A stretch of DNA of 37,922 nt from Candidatus Tectimicrobiota bacterium. GTDB taxonomy: Bacteria > JACPUC01. The notes under the pieces were generated by a model. That model did no database searches. It was not told the origin of the DNA and saw nothing but the letters and a program-made list of their open reading frames with translations. The stretch covers positions 62,001 through 99,922 of the forward strand of contig JACPUC010000015.1 of the NCBI GenBank assembly GCA_016192455.1, written 5' to 3'. Made by a program: the position numbers and the translations under genes. Below, one piece after another: positions 37,785 to 37,922 of this stretch. Numbering within the stretch: the stretch's first letter is position 1; every line of letters starts with the position of its first letter.

Positions 37785-37922
37785 TAGTACTTAGTTGCGT
37801 AATTCAGTTATACGCCTCGTAAGGGTGACTGGGTGGACGACCGTTTTGCGCCACTCGAAGGGGGCGGCCTCAGGATTATAGGCGGCGATGAACGCTTCGA
37901 TGGCGGCGCGCAGCTCAGCCAC
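37784..37922 (-). mobile_element. IS630-family element: transposase 3' end (CDS 37791->37922) and right end
   Basis: Minus strand reads VAELRAAIEAFIAAYNPEAAPFEWRKTVVHPVTLTRRITELRN*, the typical IS630 tail (L..AI..FI..YN....PF.W.K). CTAG (TA target) at 37784-37787 lies just past the stop. Confidence 0.82.

Overview
High-GC bacterial chromosomal window; the host cannot be named from sequence alone. Left: conserved yggT(3' end)-divIVA-DUF167-mtnA genes, then a sigma70-type promoter, tRNA-Val(TAC), tRNA-Asp(GTC) and a terminator. Next to tRNA-Asp is a probable type II restriction-modification islet (N6-adenine MTase, PD-(D/E)xK nuclease, frameshifted small controller-like gene). Then come a LivJ-type solute-binding protein, a CocE/NonD hydrolase, a stand-alone cNMP-binding protein and two paralogous secreted Ig-repeat proteins, one with a poly-proline 24-bp tandem repeat. 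The centre holds a five-gene periplasmic (Tat) NXR/Nar-type molybdoenzyme operon resembling the anammox/Nitrospina/Nitrospira enzymes, preceded by a perfect FNR-like box. A second CocE/NonD hydrolase and an ABM-domain protein follow. The best candidate for an undescribed system is a minus-strand RiPP-like cluster at 27245-32787: two paralogous 76-aa precursor-like peptides (twin-Arg Tat-like leader, YHxPSI motif, AxA|Q site, His/Met/Gly/Ser-rich tails), two HPr-kinase-like proteins, a PRMT-fold methyltransferase with a PqqD/RRE-like tail and a nucleotidyltransferase, with no lasso cyclase or peptidase. Right: maf, cysE, iscS, an atypical iscU lacking its third Cys, a NUDIX hydrolase and the 3' end of an IS630-like transposase. 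Two inverted copies of a ~200-bp MITE-like element and several GTAG-type REP hairpins lie in intergenic DNA. All family calls come from reading motifs by eye, not from database searches.
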